From: Candidatus Altiarchaeales archaeon IMC4
GTDB taxonomy: Archaea > Altiarchaeota > Altiarchaeia > IMC4
Assembly: GCA_001742785.1 (NCBI GenBank)
Contig: MCBF01000001.1
Location: forward strand, 265,216-281,353
Direction of reading: 5' to 3'
Length of the DNA stretch: 16,138 nt
The stretch's first letter is position 1, and the number at the start of each line of letters is the position of its first letter. Below, one piece after another: positions 15,924 through 16,138 of this stretch. A model generated the notes under the pieces. It was given only the letters and a program-made list of their open reading frames with translations, was not told the origin of the DNA and ran no database searches. The translations under genes were made by a program, and so were the position numbers.

Positions 15924-15979
15924 GATGTAATGCGAAGGCATATATATCTATCTCTTCGATTTATTTGTCAAGATCGCTC

Positions 15980-16138
15980 TCATCCCCCCAATTTCATTTT
16001 AGATTCCTTGTAAATTTGTGCAAACATTCGCATCTCAACTAATATATAATAAAATAGAATTATGCCCATGAATATAATTCCAATAAGTGTAAACATTGCG
16101 ATAACCACCACAATATAAACTGCTATATACAGAGCAAT
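15980..16138 (-). CDS. C-terminus of a membrane protein (5' part outside the window); cassette gene
   Basis: Open frame from the window end: IALYIAVYIVVVIAMFTLIGIIFMGIILFYYILVEMRMFAQIYKESKMKLGG*, with TGA at 15982-15980. Confidence 0.7.
   Translation of the reverse strand: MALYIAVYIVVVIAMFTLIGIIFMGIILFYYILVEMRMFAQIYKESKMKLGG

Larger units (their letters stand above)
12085..16138 (-). mobile_element. Integron-like gene-cassette array, no integrase in the window, running off the right edge
   Basis: Four related attC-like sites separate co-oriented minus-strand, AT-rich ORFs of unrelated function. Inferred cassettes are 12091-14345, 14346-15184, 15185-15833 and 15834 to beyond 16138. Confidence 0.8.

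Overview
Archaeal genomic window, judged from the archaeal-type MetG, TyrA, ThyA, archease, PGK and NusA-like KH protein; the exact lineage cannot be fixed from the sequence. Bases 1-12014 are fairly GC-rich housekeeping genes (nusA-like 3' end, metG, tyrA, LOG-family, archease, thyA, membrane thioredoxin, pyrI, pgk, thiL). They are interleaved with four clear type II toxin-antitoxin modules (hicB plus frameshifted hicA, two AbrB-PIN pairs, one VapB-PIN pair) and a possible fifth (small ORF plus nucleotidyltransferase). From about 12085 to the window end the sequence becomes AT-rich and forms an integron-like gene-cassette array on the minus strand. Four 79-96 bp attC-like palindromic sites (..TAAC...GTTA..) separate the cassettes: a membrane-anchored phytoene-desaturase-like oxidoreductase, a membrane protein, a hypothetical protein plus a small pseudogene, and a truncated membrane protein. 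The sites have a non-canonical fold (1-nt/5-nt asymmetric loop, covarying 11-12 bp stem, branched head). The bases flanking the core pair across each cassette better than across each site, as expected for excisable cassettes. No integrase gene is in the window.
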